Part shown: positions 1 to 14,156 of the stretch, piece after piece
How positions within the stretch are numbered: position 1 is the stretch's first letter
How the letters are laid out: each line of letters starts with the position of its first letter
From: Auanema rhodensis
Lineage: Eukaryota > Animalia > Nematoda
Assembly: GCA_964057225.1 (NCBI GenBank)
Contig: OZ059895.1
Location: forward strand, 14,632,001-14,696,000
DNA length: 64,000 bases
Reading direction: 5' to 3'
Notes under the pieces: generated by a model
The model's input: the letters and a program-made list of their open reading frames with translations, nothing else
Databases searched by the model: none
Told to the model about the DNA's origin: nothing
Translations under genes and position numbers: made by a program

Positions 1-8
1 AGAGAGAT

Positions 9-56
<48 letters not shown>
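1..56. repeat. (GA)n microsatellite
   Basis: Seen directly. Confidence 0.95.
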
Positions 57-59
<3 letters not shown>

Positions 60-2737
60 TTAGTAAGTATAGTACAGGTGAGAAAAGAATGAATTACATC
101 TCGTAACTGATGGAATTTTTGTGGAAAAAAGTTCTTTCACTGGAATTCTTGGCTTTAAAAGTTTTTTTTTGTTTTATTTGGTATTGAAATATCATCATAT
201 ATGACATGTATTAGAATGTTCATCTTTGAATATCTTCCCCCCCCCCACCATCCTTCTCTCTCTCTTTCTCTCTCTTCTACTTCGTCGTCTGTGATGACCA
301 GACTGGTCTTATCAAGATAATTAAGCCAAAACCACGTGTTGTCCATGTGTATTTTTTCTGATTTCTAGAAAACAAATAAGGAAATCACTTGCTTCCGAGT
401 AACTACATCGAATTACAAAGATTGTTGAACATAAATCATTTTTGAATAGTTTACATCTTCCTTAAACTTATATTTAACTAGATTTATCTTTTAAACTTTT
501 TTCTTTTAAAACTTTGTACATGAAACAATAAATGATTGAGTATTTTTCATTTCTTATATGGTAAATCTTATAAACTTTGGGAGAAAAAATACAGAAACTA
601 TGCTGGAACCATGTATGTGATCAGCAGATCAGAATCACACACACACACATACTGAAACTCAATTGACGATATCCAAGAAGGCTGAAAGCTGGGATAAAGC
701 AATAATTTTTGATAAAATATTCCTTTTTTTCAGAAGATATTGAGCTCAATTAGATGATATTTCATTGATCAGATCCGTTTATTCAGATGGAAATGAGATA
801 AAATGGTTTTATTGATAGGAAATGCCATGTGCTGATGATGTTAGTTGTCTAGAAATACATATCTGGGGTCTGTGAATTCTCAATATATCTGAATTTTCTT
901 TCCAGTTCTGTTCTTGTTGGCCTTTATTCTGAGATAATTTATCAATGTCAGTTCGTTCAGCAACCTAACCAAGCCTACTTCTCCTTCGAATTCACATTCT
1001 TCTCAGGTGTCTGCTATTTCTGCTGATTCTCTTGTTGCTGTTAGCATTGCTGCTGATGTGTCTGCTGATGCTGCTACTGCTGCTGCTGATGTTGCTGCGT
1101 TTTCTTCAAATGCATCTCTCATCTGAAGTCCTGACAACTCATGGCGACAACTATGATGGCGTGGCTGATGATGACGAGATGTTCAATCGACCACAATACT
1201 CTCCATTAAAATAAATTTTACTACCAACTGCATCCGTCATTTGCTGCGTTCATGTCGTTGTCACTGTCGTCGTCACGGATTTCTGTATTTACAACGTGTC
1301 GATGAAATCGTCCAACTCTACTTCACGTGGTTTACTTATAACAAGAAGATAATGAACTGCATCAGTTCTTTTAGTAAATTGGGAACAAAAATGTATTTGC
1401 AAATCTGCATACCGTCTTTTCGTGTTAGAAAAGAAGTTTCAAATTTGATATTTCATCGAACAACTACATCTGTCATGTCGGACACCGCTCACGAATCAGT
1501 TTGTTGCCAAAAAAACTATCTTTCGGTCTACCGAGCAATTTAGCCTGAAACTTAACTTCAGCTCAGCCTTATTACACGCAGAATCAAGGTAAGGTATGGT
1601 TATCCGTTATAGCTGTCTCAAAGATTCCGAAGAAGGCTCCATCGTTGAGCCGACCTGATTGTCTACTTCTGGAGACAAATGTCAATTAATTATCAATATA
1701 CGCAAATAGGCGTAGCCGTGTGATTCCACTTTCATTGAAACGTAGTTCAATTCAGCGCCGACTGATTGAACCCTCATCACGTGAAGAATGTTGGACGTGG
1801 ACGGAGATGACGACAATGTCTCACAGAAAGTTGGATAGACATAGAGAGGGTGGGGATGGGGCTGATGGGCTGGGTCTGAGAGTTGGGTTGGGGGCAGCCC
1901 ATTTCTGGCTGGTAGTCTATCGTCTTACCCAGCCCTAAATCTACCCATTGCCATATAAATATATTATCTAGATATTGATAATGGTTATATATACGGGTCT
2001 AGATGCCTGTATATGTGCCAGTGTGTATGGGACATCGGAGCTGTGCGTGTGCTCCTCCTTCACGACCTACTTATCCCGGACGACGTTCAGTGCTGTGCTG
2101 CCGATGTGTTCTGCTTGGAACGCCAACTCAATCAAACCTGTCGCATAATCTGCAGCTGATTCCGAGCTGATTGTTGTTCAACAATCTAGTAAACGGCATA
2201 AACGTTCTTTAGTTTGTCATCTTCTCCTACTTTCCAATCATTTTTTGTCATAAATTTCTTGATGAAACCCTCGTCGTCGTACGTCCATTTCTGTTCATCT
2301 ATATCATTATCTTAATGAAAACTGATTGCTGCTGATTGCTGACCATTTTAAACTCTTTCTGCTAAGCGTTGGTTTTGGGGATAGCCCTATCGTCCTATCA
2401 AGGAACTACCGCAATTGTTGTTCCAAATACGGTAGTACTTGAAGATGGACGTCCAAGGGAACAGCATAGGTATGTCTATCCCAACTTTGATAATCTTCAA
2501 ACCTGATTCCCCCTTCGTCACTTCCTTCTCCATCTATATGGCTTGGTTCATCTCATTCTCAGATACTCCATCTCTTCATACTGGATGAAGATGGTTTTTT
2601 CTTTTTTTTTTAGTTTCAATTTGTCTTTTGCCGTCCAATCACTGATTGTGTTTTTCGTCTCCTTTTTTGTCATTTTACGAGAAAAAATATGCATTTAATA
2701 GGACCAACATATCAGTCACATTGACATAATATTCAGA

Positions 2738-5177
<2,440 letters not shown>

Positions 5178-7090
5178 CAGACAAAACGGGATAAGAATCA
5201 ACTAAACAAAATTGATGATTCGATTTAAAAAAAAAAAGGAACAATGGCATAATACTATATATATATATTTATAAATAAATTGTAGTTAAGGATAGTTTAT
5301 GTGTTATTATCATTAAATATATACATAAATATATTTTGTTTGTTTTTATTTTATGATAAATCTTTGTTTCATTTATATATAGTTATAGTTAACAATCATA
5401 GTTTATCTGAAAATTAAAGAAATTTATGAATAAACTTGCAACCAATTCATTCTATAGATCATATAGACATCATATAGATTTTAACTTTCTCTAAAACTTC
5501 TCAAACATGTTGATCTTAAACTGAAACTTTATTATATATGAAGAAATATGTTTTAAGTATATTTTAATAAAGTTTTCATACATATACTATACTGTATAAT
5601 TAGTGAAAATATGTTGAATATCTCTCAAGTTCAGAGTCTAGTAATCAGCTCAAGCAATGGCCCGTACGTAATCAGAAGAGTTCAGATATTTGAATAAAAA
5701 AAATGAACGTTAAGAACATTATTTCACATATTATCATATAATCGTCGATATAAGTATGAATGTATTATTGAAATCAAATGTCATTTCCATTTTTTTTTAA
5801 AATTAGAATAATCGGATGATTGCACGTCCATGATTACACGTAAACGTGAGCTGTCATTAAAATCATTTTGATTTGTTTTTTTATACAAATCGGTTGCATT
5901 CAATTTATATATGTATAGTTTGTTTTATAATATGCAACTTTCAATAATTTTGAATTTTATTTGAAATTATTTCAATAAAATCACAAAAATCTATGTGTAA
6001 ATGATTTTTTTATCATATTTCTTGATCTTCTTGATTGTCATAGTGTCGGACTAATCATAAAACATTGAAATACGATAAATAGTAGAATCACTTTCGAGAA
6101 TAATATTATAAATTTATTATGTTTTTATGTTATCTAATCATTTATAATATCATTTCATATCTATAATCAGTTCATGTTAAAAATTGCTGGGTTTTCATCT
6201 AATACGACGATTCGCAGGAGATGTGCTCCATTTGCTATTAATTGCAAAATTTAGAAAATTGAATTAAAGCGCAAAGTAACACGCAATAAACTAATACAAA
6301 ATGTGGGAGAAGGTCGTTCTCTCATTACTTCTTGTACTTGAACCTATCAATGATTGGCAAAATATCATTCAAACAAACGAACAACTGTAAACTCTATCAA
6401 GAAGAATCAAGAAAAAATTAAAAAAAACCTTTTTGCGGCAAAGAAATACACCAGCATTTCCTTGAAAACATATGCCACTGTCTACAAGCTATCCTCTCTC
6501 CACCCGAACTGTCCCCATGGCTGAACATTTCTTTTTTCTTTTTTTTTAAGAATAAAAACATACAACCTTTAATAGTTTCATTAATGTTTTAGAAAAATCA
6601 ATAGAAGAGAAATTCATTGGACCACAAAAAAGCTACAAAATCAAGATCATTTATCATTTACTGAAGTTCAAACACATTTTTTTTGGTTTCGTTCAAAAAT
6701 ACACACTATGATGTTTTCTTGACACAATGTTTAGACTACATAATTTATAATATAAATGAATATAAATATATTTTTTTATTAAAATAAAAATAAATATTTA
6801 TCCAATTTTGTACTTAAAAGCAATATTTTCATATTAAAATCTTGTGAACAGCGCTTCCAGGGCTAGTTATATGAAACATTTTCTGAAGTTTAATTCTTAG
6901 TTTTGACTAAGAAACATTAATTGTTTTGTTCAAAACGGGCAATTTCGCTCTTTTTTTGTATTTCTTCTTCATATACACATAGAACGAACAGAACGTGATC
7001 AACCAATAAAATGTGTGTTCTTTCTTTCTCTGTACTCTCTGTTTATCAATTGATTTGTTCTCTTGTATTTGACTGTATAGTGACAATTAT

Positions 7091-7127
<37 letters not shown>

Positions 7128-7150
7128 GAGAGAGAAAGAAGAGAAAAGAA
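7091..7150. repeat. (GA)n/purine tract upstream of aldo-2
   Basis: Seen directly, about 50-100 nt 5' of the ATG. Confidence 0.9.
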
Positions 7151-7193
7151 AACTAGGAAAGCCAACCCAATCATTTCAGTTTAACAGAAAGCA

Positions 7194-9199
7194 ATGGCCG
7201 AGGTCGGTGGCTCATTCAAGGACTCTCTTACTCAGGTAACTTGATGTTTTTCTTTTAAACATTTTTACTTATCCTATCTATGTTAGCTGTATGTTATAAT
7301 AGAAAAGATAGAAAGTAAGTAAGGTTTACTCAAAACGTGGAAGTTTACTCGGCAAAACAATGGATTTCAATCCAAAGTTTTTCTTTCGTTAGATCGAGCA
7401 AACAAAGCTGTGAACGACGGTACACGCATGTGTGTGTGTGTGTAGATGATACTTCTTTTCTATAATTAATTTCTTTATGCTATATCTTCTTCTATGGAAT
7501 AGTAATACCGTTGTTTTCAGGCTCAAAAGGACGAACTTCGTTCTATTGCCCAGAAGATCGTCGCTGACGGAAAGGGTATTCTTGCTGCTGATGAATCAAC
7601 TGGTAAGATTTTCACAATGATAGAGAATATAATAGTTGAAATATTGATTATTTTTTGAAATTGTTTTTGTTTTTTTTGTCTCTTGTATGTTTCACAAGAT
7701 GATGTTATCATATCATCATTGAAAGAACATTTGTGATAGTAGTATCATCATGTTATGGTGTTATATGGCGTGACCGGTGGGTTAAGAAATTAGATAAAGA
7801 AACATAAAAAAAATAATAATAATAATAGAAATTATAATAAAAATGGCCATTTTTCTATCTATTAATAATTTTATAATAATTTGTTTTTATTATTATAGTC
7901 TTGTCTTTTTATAGGAACTATTGGAAAGCGTTTATCTACCATCAATTTGGAGAACAACGAAACCAACAGACAGAAATACAGGTTTTGTTTGTCTTTGAAT
8001 TTATTTTAATCTTTTAAAAGTTAATTAGATAAGAGTAGAGACAATGTGAATGTTGATATATGTGTGTACTTAATGGGGTTACTTTTCCTCTTTTCAGACA
8101 ACTTCTCTTCACCACTCCAAACCTCAACGAGCATATCTCTGGAGTCATCCTTTACGAGGAAACCTTCAACCAGGTTTTTCTATTCTTCTTGAATTTTGAT
8201 GAGTTATGGTTCGATTTTAGAACACTGATAAGGGAGAACGTTTCGTCGACCTTCTTGTCAAGAATGGAATCGTCCCAGGAATCAAGCTTGATTTAGGAGT
8301 TGTCCCTCTTGCTGGAACTATCGGAGAAGGAACCACCCAAGGTCTTGATAACCTTGCTCAACGTGCTGCTGCCTTCAAGAAGGTAATTGCATAGGGATGC
8401 GATTTCATTGAATATTTCTGTTTTTCAGGGAGGATGTGGATTCGCCAAGTGGCGTTGTGTCTTGAACATCGGAACCCACACCCCATCCCACCTTGGAATG
8501 CTCGAGAACGCTAATGTTTTGGCCAGGTGCGAATAATAGAAGCAGAATAACGCAATCACAAACATAAATTTGCAGATACGCCACTATCTGCCAAGCTAAC
8601 GGACTCGTCCCAATCGTTGAGCCAGAGGTTCTCTGTGACGGAGAGCACGATCTTGAGCGTGCCCAAAAGGTTACCGAGCAAGTTCTTGCCTTCGTCTACA
8701 AGGCCCTCGCTGACCACCACGTCTACCTTGAGGGTACCCTCTTGAAGCCAAACATGGTCACCCCAGGACAAAGCTGTGCCACCAAGGTCCCACACGAGAA
8801 AATCGGACACGCTACCGTTGAAGCTCTCCGTCGTGGAGTCCCAGCTGCCGTTCCCGGAGTTACCTTCCTCTCTGGAGGACAATCTGAGCTCGATGCCACC
8901 GCCAACCTTAACGCTATCAACAAGGTAAACATCTGTTTCTCACTAATCTAAAGCTAATTCGAGTCATTTTGCAGTGCTCTCTTGGTAAGCCATGGAAGTT
9001 GACATTCTCATATGGACGTGCCCTCCAAGCTTCCGTCCTCAAGGCTTGGGGAGGAAAGGACGAGAACATCGTCGCCGCCCAAAAGGTCCTTTTACACCGC
9101 GCTAAGGCTAACGGTCTTGCTTCCCTCGGGCAATATGCTGGAGAAGATGCCGCTGGAGCCGCCGCTGAATCTCTCTTCATTGCCAAACACAGCTATTAA
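7194..9199 (+). CDS. aldo-2: Fructose-bisphosphate aldolase class I
   Basis: [41 protein letters not shown]...LKPNMVTPG...[16 protein letters not shown]...AKHSY, very close to C. elegans ALDO-2. Strong C-ending codon bias. Confidence 0.97.
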
Positions 9200-9534
9200 G
9201 AGATTTCATATAAACCTCAATTGATCAATGTTTTATAGATAATATTGTTTTCTCAAATAATAAATCATTTTTTCATCTAAACATGTTTGTTTATAGAAAT
9301 ATGAATAAGATATGCACTGTATTTACTGTTAACGACGCGCATTTACTTAACAGGTTATTGATTGCATATCACATACTATCGGAAATTTGATTAGAAATTC
9401 CAAATTTCGTAATTTTTGGAGCTATAAATCATTTACTACCATTCTGAGCATTTTTTATGAGCATTTTCAGTCATTGTTGGCTCTAATTAGTTTGCTTTTG
9501 AAGCTCTCATTTAGTTTTCTTTATTCTCAGTTAA

Positions 9535-12500
9535 ATGAGCAATACCACAACGACGTCGGAAGCATCAATACCTGTTAAAGATGAAGTTTCACCTAAAAGT
9601 ACTTCTAGAGTACGGACTGTTTCAAAAACCTATTGTTTGATGCTTCGTCTTCGATCATTTTTGAACATTTTGATTAAGATTGTGCCAGTGGTAGCTATCA
9701 ACAGGATGTTAGATCATTTGTAGGAGATGATATGGATAGGTAAAAAGCTTAAATTTAAAGTTTTGTATTCAAGTAGACTTCAATGTTTTTCAGATATCTG
9801 GCTGAACTGGGATTCGTGAAGCGTATTGTACCTAAAGATGGAAATTCCTTATATAGATGTATAAGTGAACTAGTAATATTTCTATGAATTCATACATAGC
9901 GATAAGCTTTTCCTATTTTTAGTTGTGTTTGAATCAGTGTAATTTTTTACCAATCAAGAATATGATAGAAGATCATGTCCAACTTCAATATAAGTTACAA
10001 CAGTTGGAACACAATGAAAATATTGTAGATAGAACAATGGATCGTTTGATAGCTGCTTCACTTATATATAGGCAAATTATGCAATATATTCTTCTGAATT
10101 TTCAACATTTTTAAAAATTTAGAATTAAAATTATCATTTATCGTGGTCGGACTGAGCCAAAGATCATCGGTGCTGATTATGATAAAGAAGTAAAAAAATG
10201 AAATTTTCTAAATATACGCTTTTATAACCTCATCTCATTCCAGTTAACTCTGTGTGAAATCTCTCCGAATTGTTATGAAAGAGTATACAAAAAAAATCTT
10301 CAAGTGCCATTGGCTATATGCCAAAGTAATTTGGAAACTTCAGTTCTCATATAAAACTTTTAATTTAAGCATTTTTATATCAATGTTTATATGAGCATGT
10401 TATAAACGTTCCCAAAACTGTTATACAAGAAGCTATTATTCAAGTGCGACTTGACATCGGTTTAGCTTGTGTAATATATTCTTCAAACTGAGAAATATTT
10501 TTAGATTCTTCGGGTAAAGATCCGTCAACAGCATCGACCCCGCTTCCAATAAAAACTTCTGTCTTCAGCTTTTGTCCCTGTAACAAGACACAACAGCCTT
10601 CTGTAAGTTTCGAAATAGAAAATGAGTATTTCGCAATTACTTGTGATTAGGGATATCGTCCACCAATTCCGTACTCTGCTGTCAAATCGTTAGATCCAGC
10701 TATTTATAGAAATATTGCTTACGATTTATATGCTAAAGATAAGCGAAGAGCTGTTTTAGATGATAAGAAAGGTTTGTATATGTCTCTTTCAAACTTTTTA
10801 AAAATCTTTGATTATGCTAATTATGCGTGAGTACACGTTTCTATTTTTTTCGGCATCGCAAACGGTTGTATCTGATCATTTTTTTAAATTTTCAATTTTG
10901 TAACTTTGATTGTTCCAGAAAAGGAAAGAAAATGCGATGATCGGTTTCCTGTTGGCAGTGTTTGTATGGCTAGAGATGGTAGAGACATCTTGAGAGCTAA
11001 AGTTATTTCAGTTCTTCCTGATAATCATAGATGTATTCGCTTTGAAAATGGCACAGAGTAAGTCTAATATCATTGTTAAGGTGGTAAATAAATAATTTTC
11101 TAGGAAGAATGTGATTGTATCCGACCTAAGATCGGTAGTATCTCAAGTAATCACTCCTTGTTCTCTTACGACTCCCGACGTATCAGGAAATACGCCCACA
11201 CAGCGAGTTTCTATTCTGGAACCTGTATCATATAGTAAGATTAGAGCCCTAAAGCTTAAGCGTCAGTCTACTTAAAAATTAAAGATGTGTCTTCTACGGT
11301 TCCCGTTAGTTTCACGAGTGTACCGACAGCAATGTACCAACAGCCCACGACATACTACATTAATCAGCCTTTTCCGGCTTTTCAGCCAATAATGTAAATT
11401 GATATTTCATTAACCATGCTATCTCAACTTAATTTGCAGGGAAAAGCACGTTGAACATTTATCAACTAATAATTCTCACCAAACTAAGAAAGAAGGTTTG
11501 TTTATAATTTTTTTTATTGGTTCGCATCTCGCGCACCTATTTGTAGTTTGTACTTTGCCAAATAATGTGATAGATGTGACAATAAGTAGAATTTTTTTGT
11601 TATCAACCTCTTGTTTTCGAAACCAATATTTTAAATCTTAGAAATGGATCGTGATGCTTTTGCTGTTGGCAAAACTTGCCTTGTTCGTGATGGAAAGGAT
11701 TTTGTGAAAGCCAAGATTATTTCAAATTTCCCTGATAATAGCAAGTGTGTTCGATTTGAAAATGGCTCAGAGTATTATTTGTTTTTCGTTATTACGTAAA
11801 ATGTTTTCTGTATTAAGACGTAAAGTGTTGTTCGGCGAACTTCGACCTCTGTTGAGCACATCAGGTAATAGAGATTTAATGGTTGATCCAATCAACATCA
11901 ATTCTAGCACCCGTGAGTTTTCTTTTCAATGTTTGATTTTTTGGTTTTTAACAAAGTCTTGTGTAGATTCCCTTGTTCCTGCTATGGCATCTTTCCCTAT
12001 CCAACATACTCCACCTTTTCCTCCCGGATTTCATCTTCCTCCTTTGAACATTCCTCCACTGAATATGCCTCCTCCAAACATGTATGTTTACAAGATTCTG
12101 TGTACCTCTCCACCTCTGCTTGATATATTCTTTTTAGGGTGAAGGGTGTTCCTGCTGCTCGTCTTATGTCTTCTCCAAAACAATCATCTTCCTATTATGT
12201 GCCTCCGTTTGATCCAAATGTAGAGAAGACAACATGGTGGCAGCCTCCTGCGAATATGCAGTGTAGTCCTAGAGTAGTTTCGAAAGTTGTTAAGTATGAC
12301 GCATATCTTTGATTTAGCTTAGCGTTGGTCATCGCCCAATGTATGGCACTTCAGTATCTGCTCCTCTTGTGGTTAGAAAGCTAGAAGCCTGCTCCATGCC
12401 AGTAACTCCAATTTATCCAACCCCTCCTCCTTGCTCGGATAGGGATTTGGTGCAAATGTTTTACGTCATCATCTTGTTAACTTGTTCTTTTTTCAGTCTT

Positions 12501-13187
12501 CTGTCTTTGTTAGCCCAGTTAGGTCTCAAGGCTTTCCAAAGAAGAATGTACCTTACATCGATTATGAAAATGTCAATAGAGTTATTCAAACAGTAGACTT
12601 TTCCAAGAAAGAGGATGGGTCCGATTTACCCGATGGTTCATAAAGCTCTTTCTGGTGTAGCATTCGATTAAAATTGATTTTTTCCAGATATCTTGACCCT
12701 GCGTTATTTCTTTAACATGGGGGTCATGACTTTCCGAAATGGATATGAATTCATGAATTCTTCCCTGGACAGAGGTTTTAACAATTTCAGCGCAAATTAC
12801 CAACATCAAGTGCCTTTAGAATCTATGTCATCGGCTATATCGAATGTATCCGTCCCCCCTCCGTCCGCCATTCCATTGCCAGTTTTTCCTGAGCATGTGC
12901 CCATCCCCGTAGATGCTTCTGCCGTTCAGATGTCTTTTGACTGCTCTATGCCACCACCATATCCTCAATCTGCTCCACCTCAGCCAAACATGCAGCATCA
13001 GCAGTCCGTTGGAGGTGGTGGTAATGCTTCTGCTCCAGCCGTGCCGCCTACCAATTATACCCGTGAGTTTTTCTTGGAAGCAACCCGCTTAACGATCTGT
13101 TTTCCAGGTTATATCCCCATGAACGCTCCGATGCCCGTTTGTGTAAACGGTACCTTTTATTATAATTCGCCACTTGTTAGCTCCTAA
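9535..13187 (+). CDS. OTUD4/ALG13/Drosophila Otu family protein: degenerate OTU domain, two Tudor-like domains, Pro-rich tail
   Basis: Spliced motifs IVPKDGNSLYRCISE, RLIAASLIYRIKIIIYR, LCEISPNCYERVY, AICQTFLYQCLYEHV, PIPYSAVKSLDPAIYRNIAYD, DGSDLPD..LTLRYFFNMGV. These correspond in order to family signatures (DGxCLFR, NHYD, KALDPEIYRNVEFD, DLP..LRFFFNLG). Confidence 0.85.
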
Positions 13188-14156
13188 AAACATTTGTCGT
13201 TTCCGTTCCTGCTCTTCCCAATGTTTCTCGTTTTCAAAGGTCTCACTGTTTTACGTGGATATCAGTCCAGTTTTACTGTCACGTTATACCAATTTTTTAC
13301 CTTTGTTGTTATCGCTAAAGTTTAGATTTATATATATTCTGGAATGTTTTAATATTTTGTTGTTTGATTACTGTGCTTTTTTTGTTTTCCTGTTCAATAT
13401 TCATGTAGAGAAGTTATTTGTTAATGTGTTTTGTTTGAGTAAAATTAGTTTTCATACATACTTGCCTCTTCTCAATTCATTTTGCTCTAGCGTGTAAGCA
13501 AGTACATATTCGATGCTGATGAAGGATTTCGAATCGGCTTGTGTGCGTGTGTCGATGTGTCATCATCACCTCGCTTAATTATCATTTAGGCCATGCGTAA
13601 AACCTGTTTTGTCATAATATTATTAGATGGGTCATTCCCAATGAGATACGCATGTCGTAAACTAACCACAGCATCTGAGAATCTATTTATAGATTCTTAT
13701 GATGTCGGCAAGTTCTTCAATATATATTTACTTCTAGACGTCGCGAGCGTTATCGTCTGTCAAAAGACAACGATTTATGTTTTTTGCCTTTCTCTGATTA
13801 CTTCTCGTTTTCCTTTTATTTCTCTTCAACTTTTTCAAGCTGTCTCTCTTACTCTCCTCCACATTCTGTACTGGTGACGTCGTCTTCAGAAGCACATTAC
13901 ATCCCAATACTTTGTATCTTCATGTTTTATCTTTCATGTATCACCAACCAATTCCATTTTGTCAAAGTTCCGGTCGTGTTGTAAAGATAATTTTGACATT
14001 ATCATCTTCTTACCAGATTCCTGGGTGAATTGTCTTTGAACTCTCCTTCTATGACCAAAGGCGGGACTTCCGCCCGCTGTTTCCGTAGCGGTATTGTCGC
14101 TTCATTTTTTCGCTAATTTTAGTTTTGATCAGCCCAAGTTGGTTATACTGATCAGC

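Noticed and set aside
938-1214. Leu-rich or Ala-rich ORFs over the (GCT)n tract
   Set aside because: Products of an imperfect trinucleotide repeat, with no ATG or splice context linking them to a gene.
8556-9186. Antisense ORFs over aldo-2
   Set aside because: Shadow frames caused by strong codon bias in a highly expressed gene.
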